Source: Takakia lepidozioides
Taxonomy: Eukaryota; Plantae; Bryophyta
Length of the DNA: 64,000 nucleotides
Direction of reading: 5' to 3'
NCBI GenBank assembly: GCA_030704615.1
Contig: CM060732.1
Coordinates: 43,338,001-43,402,000, forward strand
Positions 1-13,542 of the stretch are shown here, piece by piece (within the stretch, counting starts at the first letter, position 1; the number at the start of each line of letters is the position of its first letter). A program made the position numbers and the translations under genes. The notes under the pieces were generated by a model that searched no databases, was not told where the DNA came from, and was given only the letters and a program-made list of their open reading frames with translations.

Positions 1-700
1 CACCTCTCATAATGTTTACACATTTGAAATGGATTAAATGACAGAACTGATGTCTGGGATGAAGCTTTCCCTGTCCATTCTAGCAGGAATGTTTGAACTC
101 ATTTCCATGGCTGGACATATATAATTCGCAGGTTTATCTCAAGTCCTGAGAAGGTCTTTGCAGAGGATAATTACCTCTCCACCAACACAGTAATTAAGCC
201 GCCAAGTTGAGTTGTTGTAAATGAAGCAGTCGCCCACCCAAATACCAGTACGAACTCGCTCAGATATTTCATGCAGAAGTTCAAAAGCATCCTCCACCCC
301 TTGCTCATCCACTGGCTTGCCACTTTCCAGGTACCCAGCAACCGCCTCCCGCTGAAACAGATCAGACAGATAGAACAGTCTCTGTTACTAGATCCCAAAG
401 AAGTTAGTCCTAGTCCTGCTGTAGCTACCATGCTGTCATATTAGTCTAGAAATTATGTGTAGGAGGTAAGGGTGGAGTTGAGTGAAAGCCACCCAACATT
501 TAGCTACCAAGTAATGGGCAACTTCTTCAGTTTTGCAGAGCAATACAACCCACCAACATCCAACTACCAGATCAAGCACAGAAAAGGTATAACTACCACT
601 AAGGTGCAGTGTGGTTAAAGCTCCTATGCTAGACTAGCCAGAGAGAAATTTGACCAAGACAAATCTGGGAAATCATAGTGAAAAGCAGTAAAAGGCTTAC

Positions 701-3700
701 ATTGTACTTGAGGATGTAGAAGGAGTTATCACTTGCAATGGCAACCAAATCTCCACCATCTGACCAGTATATATTCTGCATTCACAAATGAACAAGCACA
801 TTCCCCAGGGATGAGGTCTCAAATTGATACATCTTACCTTACCTGAACTCCAATGGGTCAAATAAGTGATGGACTGAGGTCTCGTACTTCTAAGCAGAAC
901 AAGCTGAGAAGGTAGCTGGTTGGACCATTCACAAGAGGGTGAATGGATCAAAAGACACCGTTACTTTGGAAAAGCTGTTAACTAGTACAGTGATGTTACC
1001 AAAGTCCTGTGCGTTGTCTTCTACCTTAACAATGACATCGATCCTCCGGACAACACGACACTCAGCCCAATCATAGAAACAGACGAAGTCATTGGATCGA
1101 ACTGCCAGCAGACATCCGCCATAGATCCCTTCTGCTGAGAATGTTGGCCGAATGCTTTTCCGTTCCTGCAAAAATAGATGAGTGATAAATCACATTGCAT
1201 GCTCATGTATGACCTGAACACGTCAAATGACAAAGGCTGATGTCAACAAATGCCCAACTTCCTTGGGAAAATTAACACAAACCAGAAAATAAACATAGAC
1301 ATAAACATTGAATGAATCTAGTACATCTCTGGAACATTTCGTGGGAAACTTGTGTTTATGTGCAGGTTAGTTGTTAAGCTGAGCCTGAAGCAAATACAGG
1401 GCTGTATGTATGCATTCATACCTGAAACAGCTTGCTGAATATTTTGATCTTGGATGTACTCTCCCGAACAGCATATTCACCATCAATTGACCAAGCAAAC
1501 TCCAAAGCAGAGCCAAACGAACGATTCCTCCATGCAAGAGCCGTGTAGATGATGTATTCCCCATCACCACATACCACCACAAACCTGCCATTTGGGTTAT
1601 GCCTCAAGCTCTGCGTCCCAACACCACGTATTATGACTTGAGCATTTGAAGACAGTTCTCTAGAGACGAAAGAACCAACGGAACGCAACAGCTTGAAAGT
1701 GCCCTGCATCCATAGTAAGGACATTATCCTGGCCCCTTTAGGCAGAGTAAAAGATTCCCAGAGGGGTATAGACCTATGAATCGAGCGAGAACACAGCAAT
1801 CACCTGAGGATAAAGATCACAGCTCCCTAGCTCCTTCACAGCCAATGGCAAACGCTCCCCATCAGTCACCTGCACATCATCCAGAAGACTGGAGCAGTCA
1901 GAGAAACGAGCTCAGGCTGAAGCTCCTCTGCCTACAAGAGCGAACCCAAATAAGGTGACCAAGACAAGACGATGCCAACTAATGATGAACCCACTATTCA
2001 CCATTCAAGAAAAAGCTAGATCCGTAATCTGAATGTTCGGCATATACCTCAAAATCAGCACCAACCGCTTTGATATTCACAGTTTGGATTTCATTATGCT
2101 TTGCCCAGATGATTTTGCCACTACCATCCATGCTTGCAACAGGCTCCTCCCGTCCAATCTTGATCATGATGGTTCCTTCATCATATCCAATAGCAACCCT
2201 GCACAGAAGTTATTTGTTGTGACCCTTAGCTTTCCTGTGCGACTAAGCACAGAAGACAACTCCTCACCTGACTCAACTCCTTACTTATCAACTAACCCCC
2301 TTGCTGTGTAGTGACACAAAACCTTACATGCAGGCATACTGATGACTTCATTACATAAATGAATGAATTCCAAGGTGCCAATAGATTGTAGTGAAAATGA
2401 ACCTGCCTGTTAGAACCCTTCATGTAACCGATCGTCCACACTCGCTCAAGCCCGTAGTTCAAAGTATTCTCCAGCCTACATGGACACTCATGAGTTACCC
2501 ATAAGTCACCCTTTCACATTTTCATATGACATTTCAGCTGCTCCATCCAAATGCCCACATGTTACAATGAAAACATCAAACTAGACGTTCACTGCCAGTG
2601 AATGCCTTAGGGCAATCTCTGACAACAGAAAAAATAAATAAGAAAAGACTCTTATCGAAGCAAGCGTAAACTATGGTGTCACTTCACCCCGAAGGACTAC
2701 TGCCTTCCGTTTGGGAAGTCGACACCTAATGTCACAACCAGGGCAATGCGTTTGCCCGAACCTCCCCCAAGGACTCAAAAGCCACCAGATGCCGACACAT
2801 CAGGTGACTGATTGACCCAACAACCCCCTTCTTACAGCTGGGTTGGCTATAATGGGTGCCATCCAACATACATCAATGTCGCTTTGAACCCACGACCACT
2901 TCTAAGGCAGCCTTGTGCCCTAACCACTGGGCCATCTATTGGATGCTTCAGACAACAGAAATCTAAGCCAACATTGACGCATTCCAAGGCCTAGCAATCC
3001 ACATAGCAACCAAAAAAAAGCTGAACCCAGACTTCAAGCACTCTTGTCCACCTGTAAGTGGTTGCATGCCAAATGCGGACTGTCCCATCTTCTGATCCTG
3101 TGATGATGATAGGAAGGTCTGGATGAAAGCACACTGCTGACACATTGTGTGTGTGGCCTTCCAGCGTCTGCACACAGCTCTTTGTTTGATAATCCCAAAC
3201 CTGTTGAACCAAAAACACAAGACAGAAGTAAGATGACATTCTGAACATGTTAGCATCTTTCAGCTCATTTTACTAACGCGAGCAAAGTGAGCATCACATA
3301 AATAAGCCAAACACATGCAGCTGAAAGGCGATACATACCTTCGCTGTCTGATCATCTGAGCCTGTGATAAGATACGGCCGGTCACCGCCAGTGAAGTACT
3401 CAACACAGTTGACACCCTTCTGATGCGCCTCTAGAGTGAAATTGGGTTCTGACGACCCCAAGTTCCAAATCTGAAGGTAACAACAAGTCCAAAAATTAAT
3501 CCACTGGATGGGTATGTCACTGAAGTAGCATCAAACCAGTCTTGCACAAAAGAACAATCAGTTTGTATAACACTATAGACGCAAGATGCTAAGACAAAGG
3601 GATAAAATGATGACCCACCAGGAAAGCAATATGAAGGTATTGCTGGAAAGAAGGTCACAACTAGTATATACCTTGATCGTGCGGTCCAATGAAGCACTTG

Positions 3701-6084
3701 CAAAAGTGTTATTGTCCTTGGGATTGAATGTCACTTGCATGACGTAATGTGAGTGACCCTCGAAGATCTGAGTACAGGTCCAGCCTTTGTCCCAGTCCCA
3801 AAGCTTGATGAGCATGTCATCAGAGGAGGAAAGCACATAAGGCAAAGTGGGATGAACAGCCACACACCGAATATAGTCAGTGTGTGCCTCAAAATGCTTC
3901 ACTTTATCCATTGTGTTGTAATTGTACACTCGGATAAACATATCGTCTGCGCCTGCCACAATCCATTGCTTGCGAGAAATGAACTTCGCAGATCGTACTG
4001 CAATTCAACAAAGCAGGCCAGGGTGAGTTTCAGTCAGAGGTTTTCCTTCCATTTTCTTACAGCCTACAGTCCACTACAAAATTGTACTCAGTACACTATG
4101 GAATTTTTGCCAGCCTACATAACCAAACTGTGAAAAGTGTCAATACGAAAATACTACTCACATTCAACTCAAGGGGTGATGAAAGCATGCTTGCCTGGTG
4201 AGACAAGCCCCGGACATGCATCTGAATTGATGAAAATAATTGAGTAGATGTGCCATGAAAGAGAAATAACCTGGCAGCTCGGTGACTTCAAAAGACTTCA
4301 CCAGAACCTGAAAAAAGAAGTTTGTAAGCAAAGCACAAGAACAGAGACAACCAGTACTATAAACAAGTTGATAGTATGACCCGGGAAAAATCATATTATC
4401 CTCGAGTATCACAGACCTCCATATTTCAAGATTAAGTACCCACATCACAACCTGCTCAATGCAACACCATATTGAAGATGCATGTATAGGAGAATGTTGA
4501 CCTTATCCATTACAAGAGAAATCTTTTTTCATTGTCAGTCCTTGCCTGATTGGTATCGTATCCGATCCACATTTGAAATGGCATGCAAGATGTTGTATGC
4601 TGTGAGGGCACTCAATTTAGACTAGGTTTAAATTTAGGGAGTCATAAAATAATTGGCCACCTCGTCTTCAAATCTAAAACCCCCTCATTGATGCTTTACA
4701 TCGAAGAGAACCAAGTTCCTTCAGACAATTTGAGGCACAGAGGGTCTCCACACGACATAATCAGCTGCTTGAGCTGTAGACATGTGAGGGATGATGTCTA
4801 ACCTGCCACTGCCTGGTTCCTATCAACACTGTTAGACCGCTCACAGCAGGGGTAGATATTTAGGCTTAAGGCCATCTTGCTGTCCCCTTCCGTAACACCC
4901 TGTCAAATCCGAACCAGGTGCCAGTGAGGGCAGATTCCACTAGGCCCTACCTGAGCGAGTTTGGTAGTATAGTGTAGTGTAGTGCATAAAACGTAGTTCT
5001 CTAATGTCTAATGTCGGTCTGATAAGAGACTAAAAGCTGAATACCTTTGACATACTTTAAATATCACTCCATGGCTTACATGACACCGGAAGTGTTATAA
5101 CAGGCAGTGTAGTCAACGCAGTACAAAAACCGAAAGCGATGCAAACTCGGAATGACCCCAAACCAAGTACCTGGGTTTGATGGTTCCATATATAGACCCC
5201 GCCGGTGTAGAGTGTGGCAAGTATCCTGCACAGAATTGTAGACAGCATGATGACAAATCCACTGATATGCATGGCATTCAAATTCTAAAATTTGGGTGAG
5301 ACTCTTTGAGGTCACTCAGGAGAAATAACAGCTTGAGAAAGCATTAACAGATCGCAGCATTGACATGTCTCCTCATTGTAGCAACATACAAATCCATACA
5401 AACCTAAAAACATGTAATAGTCTTTTACAAAGATCTAAGATGGAGCCAGATGCAGTTTGGATCGCACAAGATCTCTGCATACTTACTTCGCAACTCAAAA
5501 GAAACTTTCCAAACGCATACGGCATTCTCTTGGGATCAGATGAATACCATGGTTCTGTTGGATGAAGATCTACGCACTTCACCCTATCAGATCTTTGAGC
5601 GAGCTTCCGCTGCCCAACACCGCGAGGCAATGTCACAATTAGTCCAGAAGACAGGAAATGTATATACTGCTTCTAGTTCCTCTAATCCCAATGCACTAGC
5701 CAGAACTAGGTAATGCGAACCATGAAATGACAATGCAAATCAACGGGATGGCGGGCAGGAACGTACCTTGATCTCGAGCCGCAGCGGCTGCATCAGACGA
5801 CCAGGACACATAGTTTCATCAGAAAAGATCACACCAACACGAAACGCTACAGCTTCACACCTCAAGACTACAGACAACACAAAATTTGGAAAATAATCAA
5901 GCAGAATCTAACTACAAACAAATCAAAGTCGCCACATCCAAAATCCCTCATTTCTCTCCCAAAGGAATTCACTGACATCAACCCTACACAAGAGAGAAGC
6001 AGCTACAGATTACATCAGTCGACCACATTGGAATAGAAACGAAAAAAACTAGAGTCGTAGAAGGGAGAAGAGACCATGTACCAT
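701..6084 (-). CDS. COPB2: Coatomer subunit beta' (beta'-COP, WD40), 5' part; continues beyond the left edge. Coding exons: 6084-6082 (ATG only), 5787-5767, 5609-5548, 5225-5171, 4307-4271, 3997-3672, 3470-3339, 3200-3052, 2475-2407, 2198-2048, 1869-1804, 1610-1422, 1165-1025, 775-701
   Basis: The spliced translation reads [29 protein letters not shown]...[34 protein letters not shown]...[25 protein letters not shown], the plant beta'-COP sequence. Splice borders are GT-AG with one GC-AG, and phases are consistent. Confidence 0.97.
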
Positions 6085-6328
6085 GGTTCTCGACTTCCTG
6101 TGAAACTGATCGAGATCGAGATCGAAAGGAAGAGCGAGAGAGAGAAGAGAGAGAGCACAGAACAGCAGTGCGAGACGCTAGTTATAGCACTTGGAATGCC
6201 TCCCTCATCCCCGGTCCACCCGGCCGTTCGGCGGGCGAGTCACCCTCCGCGGTCGCATTTGCCGACCGCGGTGAATACAGCAGTAAGACACGAGATGATC
6301 ACCACTGTACCGTAGGAGATGATGCTAC

Positions 6329-6972
6329 CAGTGTTGGACTGGTATACCTGGTTGAACCTAGGTATGGAATACAGGTATGAATATATAATTTGAAGAACAT
6401 ACCAGTCGGGTATGAAAGAACCAGTGTTACCCATGTGATACACGTACTGGGGGAGTATGGCTTTAGGATTCCCCGCACACATACCATACCAGTCTGGGTA
6501 TATGGAGGAATAGCATGGTCCGATACCAGTATTGAGGTGAGTTCATGGCGAATGGAGGTAGGTATGAGCATATGTTAGTGCAGCTAGTTATACCCTGTAC
6601 TACAATTTGGTTAATTCATGTTGCAATTTAGACTTCATTTGCTGTTTCGTGCTACTTTGGGTTACCTTTGCCTAGTGTTTCACGGCTTGGATTAAAATTA
6701 GCTATGTGCTAAATGACATTTATTTCTATGTATGGTGAGCTGTAGAAATACCATAGACCAGTGCTCATATCCCCCAGTATCACTACAGAGAAAGGGCAAT
6801 ACCAGTACCATACTCATATACAGCCCAAAGTACAACTACTCATACCAGATTCATACCCCAAGTTGCTCATACCTGTATAGATACCTATACCAGCCTGGTA
6901 TGAAAAAGGGGTGGGACCCTTCATACCAGGACCAGTCTGGTATTAAAAAATGGACATACCAGTCCAAGACTG
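6329..6972. mobile_element. hAT-type MITE (non-autonomous), 644 bp
   Basis: TIRs CAGTGTTGGACTGGTAT (6329) and ATACCAGTCCAAGACTG (ends 6972). 8-bp TSD GATGCTAC at 6321-6328 and 6973-6980. Many internal ATACCAG/CTGGTAT motifs. Confidence 0.85.
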
Positions 6973-7127
6973 GATGCTACATGGATCATGCCCACCCATG
7001 CCGACGGCATGCATACATGCAGGCCCATTCCATTCCCAGTATGAGATCTGATTGCATTCATGGTGTATGGGTCCCGAGAGAGCATGCATGGATTGTTTTC
7101 TCCTCATGTACCTTCCCCACTTAGAAC

Positions 7128-7288
7128 CGCTGTTGGACTGGTATCATGGTTTTTTGATACCACTAGGGTAAGGGTATTGGGGTAAAGTCGAATTATTCAA
7201 ACCAGTCCTGGTATCAAATGATGTGTAAATTTGATAGCCTGGTATGGTATATGGTATAGTATCAAAGTGAAAATCAGACTGGTATGGT

Positions 7289-7325
<37 letters not shown>

Positions 7326-7335
7326 CAGCCTAGTG
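7128..7335. mobile_element. Truncated second copy of the same MITE family
   Basis: TGTTGGACTGGTAT end motif near 7131 and repeated CTGGTAT motifs. No TSD found. Confidence 0.5.
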
Positions 7336-7482
7336 CAGTTCTTTCTAACTCTTAAAAATAAATTAAATTAAACAATAATAAAAACAGACCAAATGGCCCA
7401 TTTCAATATCCCAAATGGCCCCTAACTCTTCTCTATAACTCTTGAAGTGCAAAAACTAACACATTGCATTTCATCTACTCCA

Positions 7483-7820
7483 CTTCAGTACCCAACTTGC
7501 AACTGTGAGGACTTCTTTGTTATGGAATCAAAGAATGCAACATACGTCCCCTGCAAACACCTTTATTACATTTTTCTGAAGCGCATGAGTTGCATATCCG
7601 CAGTGGACGTCTTCATCCATGCTCCAACACTGAGTTTCAACGAGCTGCACAAGGCCCTACGGCAGGATACAGATCGAACTGCTTGACATTCCACATTCGG
7701 GAAGGAGAAAATGGCAATTATATTACATTCATCTTCTTGCACCCTATTTTTTGGTGAGGAATTATACACTTGGTGGTGCCGCACCGCCATGGCTCTAGGT
7801 GCATTTCGGTGCCGCAATAC
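7483..7820 (+). pseudogene. C-terminal SWIM fragment of a MULE transposase (same family as 39342-43270, opposite orientation)
   Basis: YPTCNCEDF...YVPCKHLYYIFLKRM...FIHAPTLS aligns with LPTCNCTDF...YCPCKHLYYVYLKRL...FIHAPGLS at about 39360-39530. A degenerate CGGTGCCGC palindrome follows at about 7804. Confidence 0.8.
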
Positions 7821-8359
7821 ATGAGAATGTGTTTTTGGCCGTGAATGGCATGGGCATGCTTTTTTTATTTTGGTTATGTCTATAAATGGATCCGAGGAAA
7901 GCATACATTGTGTGGAGATACACGGGTATTGTGGCCTACCCTAAACCCTACCCATGCATCCTATCCCTCGAGCTTGTCCATAATGTTTCTAATATCGTGC
8001 TCAAGCACAACAGCGACACCACTTCTCTCCATTGAGCTTGCTCTCAAATACTTTGTTGTTCATGTTGGGACATTATTTTAGCAGGCGACAACCAATGCGT
8101 ATGCTATTCATTATCCACATCTTCTTGACTAAGGTGGGGTGCGTGTGCAAAATGGAAAGTTAGTTGAATTTGCAGGTTCAACGTAGCCATGGTAGACCTT
8201 ATTAGATCCATAAAGTTGTTGGAAGGAGGCAATGAAGCATCCAGCACACACCCTTTAATTCTTACGTTCTTTTTTTTCAAAGAATGTTCATTGATAGGTA
8301 TAACATATGTGCGTTTGTCCTCGGGTCCATAGGAATAATGGAACCTGAACAATGATGAC

Positions 8360-10145
8360 AACTAAGTCACCGAAGTGGAATACTTGGAGTAAGAGAGCAT
8401 AGCATTTTCACAAAAAAAGAAAAGCAATAATGCAATGGACATAATACATTTCCTTCTTCCATCATGTCCCCCCCAGCCCACACTCTCTAACAACAAAGCT
8501 GGCAAACAAAGTGTGTTGAGTATGTCAACTAGAGCAAGACTCCCCGTCTGAAGTATCCCTTATATTACAGAAACCGCAAGACTTGATCGCAAAGCAGGCT
8601 ACGCGGCTGGTCCTTCCTTGTGCACATCTATCTCTGGTCACACACGTCGCATCTCATGCTTCTGCTGCTGATCAGCTTTTCCTTGTTGGACAGCAACTTA
8701 CGCACTTGCTAGAAAATCTAGCATGACGTTCTTCACGCTCACTGGCGTCTTCTAACGCACCTTAGGAAGGCCTCCACCTTGGCTGGCCGATACTGCCCGT
8801 TCCAGCTCGAGTCGGCATTTTGTGTCTTCACAAAACCAGCCTCTTCACAAAACCACACGACTCGTCAACACCTCTGGAGCCTGATCAGATATCCACTCTT
8901 CACATATACCATAGCAGTATGGGAAAAACGGGCAAACCAACGAACTAAATGGTGCTTACTGAACACTTCAGCAGCCCGCCTAGTCAGTGTCTGATCCTTC
9001 CAACACCACCGCCACAAACACAGCTCACAGTGCAGCTAGGGCGGAAATGAGCAGTCGAATGGGCCTTGCTCCAAGTCGCTTGCCAGTACTTGTACTACTC
9101 CGCCCTATCCTCCCTGTCCCAACACTCTTGAGTTCAACTTGTGACATGTTTGTGGCTGCACAGACAGCCTCCATTCAGCCCCTTGTAGCTCGGGTGTCCT
9201 ATGCTCTGGCTACCATTCAAGCTTCACGACTGTATTACGTGGTTGCTTCAACGCCACCCGGCTGCTCTTTGTGCCTGCACTGTCTCACCAAGTTGTATCA
9301 ACCGCTAGCCCCTTGTTCGTAAAATCATGAAATCTGCCTCCTTCCATTCTTGCAACCAGCCCTAAGTAGCCCAACACGCGCTCGCTGCGTGGATCAAGCC
9401 TGATGGAAAACGAACGCAAGCAAGTACGAGTGATAGACCAAACCCTGCCATTGTCAACTCTCCCTAACTCCTCTGTTTGGCGGCGAGCAGCCTAAGTCAG
9501 CCTATGATGTCTTTTTCTTGGCTTCAAGTCATGATGCCAGCGGCAATGACAAAGCCTATAGGCAGTATTCAGCCTTATTGCGCTTTCTAACCATTGCTCC
9601 AGCGCCGAACTTGACAATGTCTTTCTAACTAAAGATTACCTGCAGACAAATAATCATTTCTCTGTCTCCAACCTTGTCACAGACATAATCTAGAGACCAT
9701 AATTTTCTTCTCTCACTTTCAAATCAAAAACCACAAGTGCTAAAAAACTCACATTGGCACTCACATATGCAAGCTATCATCTCTCTCGAGTGATATGAAA
9801 ACTAAACTCACACTGTCTATTGACACAAAAACATGAAATATAATACAATAACTCGTTAAAATAAGAGTCGAGCCAGGGGCACCCCAAGCTATGGGGACTC
9901 CACCCCACAACATCCTACTCTCCCTCCATAAGTACACTCAGATGCTAAGCAATGAGGGAGCTCGGTCGTGCAGGCTCAACTCGAGATAGATGAACCACAC
10001 GACTGACGAGCTCGTGAAGATAAGATGGTTCAGGTGTCAAGCTAAACTTGACACCTGACTTAATACTTGAACTAATTCCAAGTGTTAAATACAAATAACT
10101 AGATTTATTCTAGTTAGTTCCACATTGTGTTTATTTAACTTGACA
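8360..10145 (-). mobile_element. LTR or LTR fragment of the Ty3/Gypsy family seen at 28260-37572; left boundary approximate
   Basis: 9700-10145 is similar to 37170-37572, and both end ...TAACTTGACA (TG start on the minus strand). It interrupts the transposase remnant at 10146. Confidence 0.6.
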
Positions 10146-10760
10146 ATCACCACCGGGCTGCATTCTTCGCACCAGACTAACTCCCGATCCCTCACCAACT
10201 GTGGACATCTTGAATAAGTTAACTTTCCTGGTACCTTGCCCCGGGAAAACACTGTCCTGAGTGAAGTCATATCGGCTTATATGCTTTAACTCCAGGATGT
10301 TATCCATAAAGCGTGTGTTGGCAGCACCCCCCCTTAGGACGTTGATTTGATTTCGCACATTCGGAGAACTCATTGTTGAGAAATGGTCCAAAACATCGTC
10401 AAGGGAGGCAGTGTCAAATTTAGTGGTGGACTCCTGTGATTCCCCAAACAATTTTTTTTTTAAGAATCCTTTGTTTGCTGCCAGAGCAATGGCTGATGGT
10501 GATGACCAGGAACACTATGAATTTCGTGTTGAAGCAGTGAACGGACTGTATCAATAGTCTCCCTGCACTGTCCTCGGGACATTGGATGTGCATGAATGCC
10601 AAAATGGATACATGCCCTTGTGAGGTAACTGCAATTGTGAAGCACGTAGTACATCCGGAGGGGAAGTTCACGTAGCTTCTAACTGCAATGCACGATATCA
10701 ATAAGTAAGAGTCATGCCCACTTCTTGTCTCCCATTTCATTGTTCTGTCAATCTTCAAAC
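10146..10760 (-). pseudogene. Decayed GCM-like/MULE transposase fragment (element copy 2)
   Basis: YYVLH...TRACIHFGIHAHPMSRG, SSPNVRNQI and YDFTQDSVFPGQG...LFKMSTVGEGSGVSLVRRMQ match the intact transposase at 41400-42000. Contains frameshifts. Confidence 0.85.
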
Positions 10761-11860
10761 TTTGTCCACTGACCTGTTCGCATTGCAGGGGGACGAAGAC
10801 ATCCCATGTCACCACCAACATAGTCCATTCCTTGTTTCGTATGCAAAGCATAGGAGTGATGCCATTGGAAACGTTCGCGAGTGTCTTGTCCCCGGACACA
10901 CTGAAGAAGTGCCAAACGATCAAGAAGACAGAGACTTGGTACAACCTGACAAGGGAGGTGTTTCTCAACTACTTGTACGCGGTAAGTTTCTGTGCGGACT
11001 GCCATTATTCTTGAATTATGGATATGTCATGTTTTTGCTTTGGTTTTGTTGTTCACGAGGGTTATATGGGTGTGTCACAGCAAAAAATAGCAGAAGCAGG
11101 AGAACGAGCCAAGCTGGAGTATTACGCCACTACAGATGATGATGAGAGAACGGCAAACGGGGTGGAGGCAAAAATGAAGGCGGACATGGATATGTGCAGG
11201 AAGAACCTCAAGAGCGCGTTCGACAAACACATTCGAATCGCTGACCCCGGATTGGGAAAGGGGTTTCTGGAGCATGTTCGGATCCACTGGAACAAGCCCA
11301 CTAAGCCAGAGATGACACAGGAAAGGCTCCACCGCCTTTCCATTTCCATGGTTGACCTTGCTCAGAAAGTGAGGTGGCTGGAAATCTGGAACTCGGATCC
11401 GATCATCCGGGATACAAACAATTTCCCAAAACCAATGAAGGACGCTGAGACTGGGGTGGTGACACTTGTCAGCGACCGCGCATTCGACACTTGGTTGCAC
11501 AAAGCGACCTTCTGGAGCCAGGTGAAACTACATAAATGTCACTGTTCCAGCAATGAGTACATGGTTTCTTATGTTGAATAACTCAAAATTTGGCGGATGG
11601 TTGTGCAGCTGGAGAAGCGGGCAATTGATACTTTTGAGAAATCATTGCTGGACTACAAGATCACAATGACCACTCCGAGCATCAAGTTCTAGTCATACGT
11701 TCGGAAATGGAGAAGAGAGTTGTGGAAGTATGCATTTTTCCGTGAGTTCGAGAAGGAAGGGGGCATTCTGCGCTCGCAAGACTTCGACCATCCGTATAAC
11801 GGGGAGCAGGCAATGAAACGAGTTTTGTACAGGTACTGCCTTTTATGGTGATGGCACTAC

Positions 11861-13163
11861 TTAAGATGTTGTTGACGACATCTTAAAATAGGCATTGTCT
11901 ATAGTGCAAATAGCAATTTTTCGGTACTAAACACAGAATTCCATGTATGAAGTGGGTCGATGCCCTTTGGGCTCTTCAAAACTAAACAGTTGTACACATC
12001 TATTTCTTGTTCGTCTGCAGGTCTTCATTGTTTTGTTGTGCTTCCTGCAATTTAAGATGTCGTCAACGACATCTTAAAACATGCATCATTCTGTAGTCCA
12101 GCAAGTTATTTTTCGTCAGACAACGAAAAAATACCATGTACGTAGGGGTCGATTTAAGATGGCGTTGACGACATCTTAAATGGCTGCTCTTTGGGCTCTC
12201 GGAAATAATTCAGTTGAGCATGTCTGCTTTCTGTTGTTCTGTAGCTCTTCAATTGTTGTTCAAGTTCCTAGAGTTTAAGATGTCGTCAACGACATCTTAA
12301 TGTGTAGTCTGCAAATCTGCAATGAACAGGTAAGTTCTTGTGGTCTATGGGGATATATGCTCTGAGGAGGAACACTTGTGTGAATGCAAATACTTTCACT
12401 TCGTTCTTATTCCAGATAAGGTTCTCACTGATGATCCGGACTTCATTCGTGGATGGGCGAACCTAGACGACGACATCACTATGTTCACTGCGGGAATTGT
12501 GAAGGACTGGGGTCGGGCTCATTACCGCGACTGCGGGTGGTACCTGACTGCCCACGGCAGTCCACTCCATAGGAGGAGAACGTCTTGAGGAATCAGAATG
12601 AGAATGCAGATGCCTTGGCACCCCAGACAGATGAGGAGTTGCAGGCTAGGTTCCTTGCCCAGCTGAGTAAGAAGGAGCCAACAAAGACGGCCACCCCCGT
12701 GGGTGGGAAGAAGTAAAACAAAGGGAAACTGACTGTGGAGATAGGTGGGTCTGCCGGTGCGGCGGCTGCCATTGATTATGGGTCAGGGCTTCAGGGACTG
12801 GTGGGGCAGTTCTTGATCGCCCACAGGCAGATGATCGCATTGTGCGTACAGAGGTCCAGCAGATTTCCGTCACAGCTGATGAAAGGACTAACCACAGGGC
12901 AGGGAAACGACCTTACGAAGCCCGACTTTGTGTCTCCTGAGTAGTGGGTTCGCACTTCCAGCGGAAAACGGCAAACGTCAGCTTCATGCGTATGATGGAG
13001 TCCATGAAGTCCACATTCACAGGGGTCAAATCTCATGCATAGGACCATCTCTGCTCTTTCCTCACCCTGGTAATGCCTATGCATCTTTCAACTTTGATTC
13101 CCATTTCATGACATTGTGGGGTGTTGGATTTGTTGGATTAAGATATCATCAACGACATCTTAA
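11861..13163. repeat. Five dispersed copies of the palindrome TTAAGATGTCGT-NN-ACGACATCTTAA in introns of copy 2
   Basis: Seen at about 11861, 12052, 12153, 12276 and 13138. Confidence 0.9.
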
Positions 13164-13191
13164 TCCACCAGTACTTTGTACTACCAGTTCC

Positions 13192-13542
13192 CTAAATGTC
13201 TCTCAAGAGACTATCTCTGATCCCTCCCTTCGATACGTAGAGACGTTTTTGCTTATACCGGAGCAGTCCATTTTGCAAGTGGAACTGCGATTTACCCCCC
13301 ATCTTCAAGTCCCGCATCACGGACTTCGTCATCTCATCCTTCCGGTAAGCCTTCCGGATCTTCCTTTGGAGCGCCGTCTCGCCCCTGTACACCAGCATGA
13401 GCTGTTGCTTTCTACTTAAAGCATCGGCCACCACATTGTCCCGTCCCGGTTTGTACTGGATATCCATGTCGAACACCGCCAAAGTATCTTGCCACCTAAG
13501 TTGTTTTGGGGACAACTTAGGCTGCGTGGGAAAATACTTCAC
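13192..13542 (-). mobile_element. Fragment of Ty3/Gypsy pol (RNase H end to integrase linker) inserted in copy 2
   Basis: KYFPTQPKLSPKQLRWQDTLAVFDMDIQYKPGRDNVVADALSRK. Confidence 0.8.

Noticed and set aside
8104-8361. Possible N-terminal fragment of another MULE/SWIM-type protein (YSYGPED...KGC)
   Set aside because: Only a short motif; cannot be confirmed by eye.
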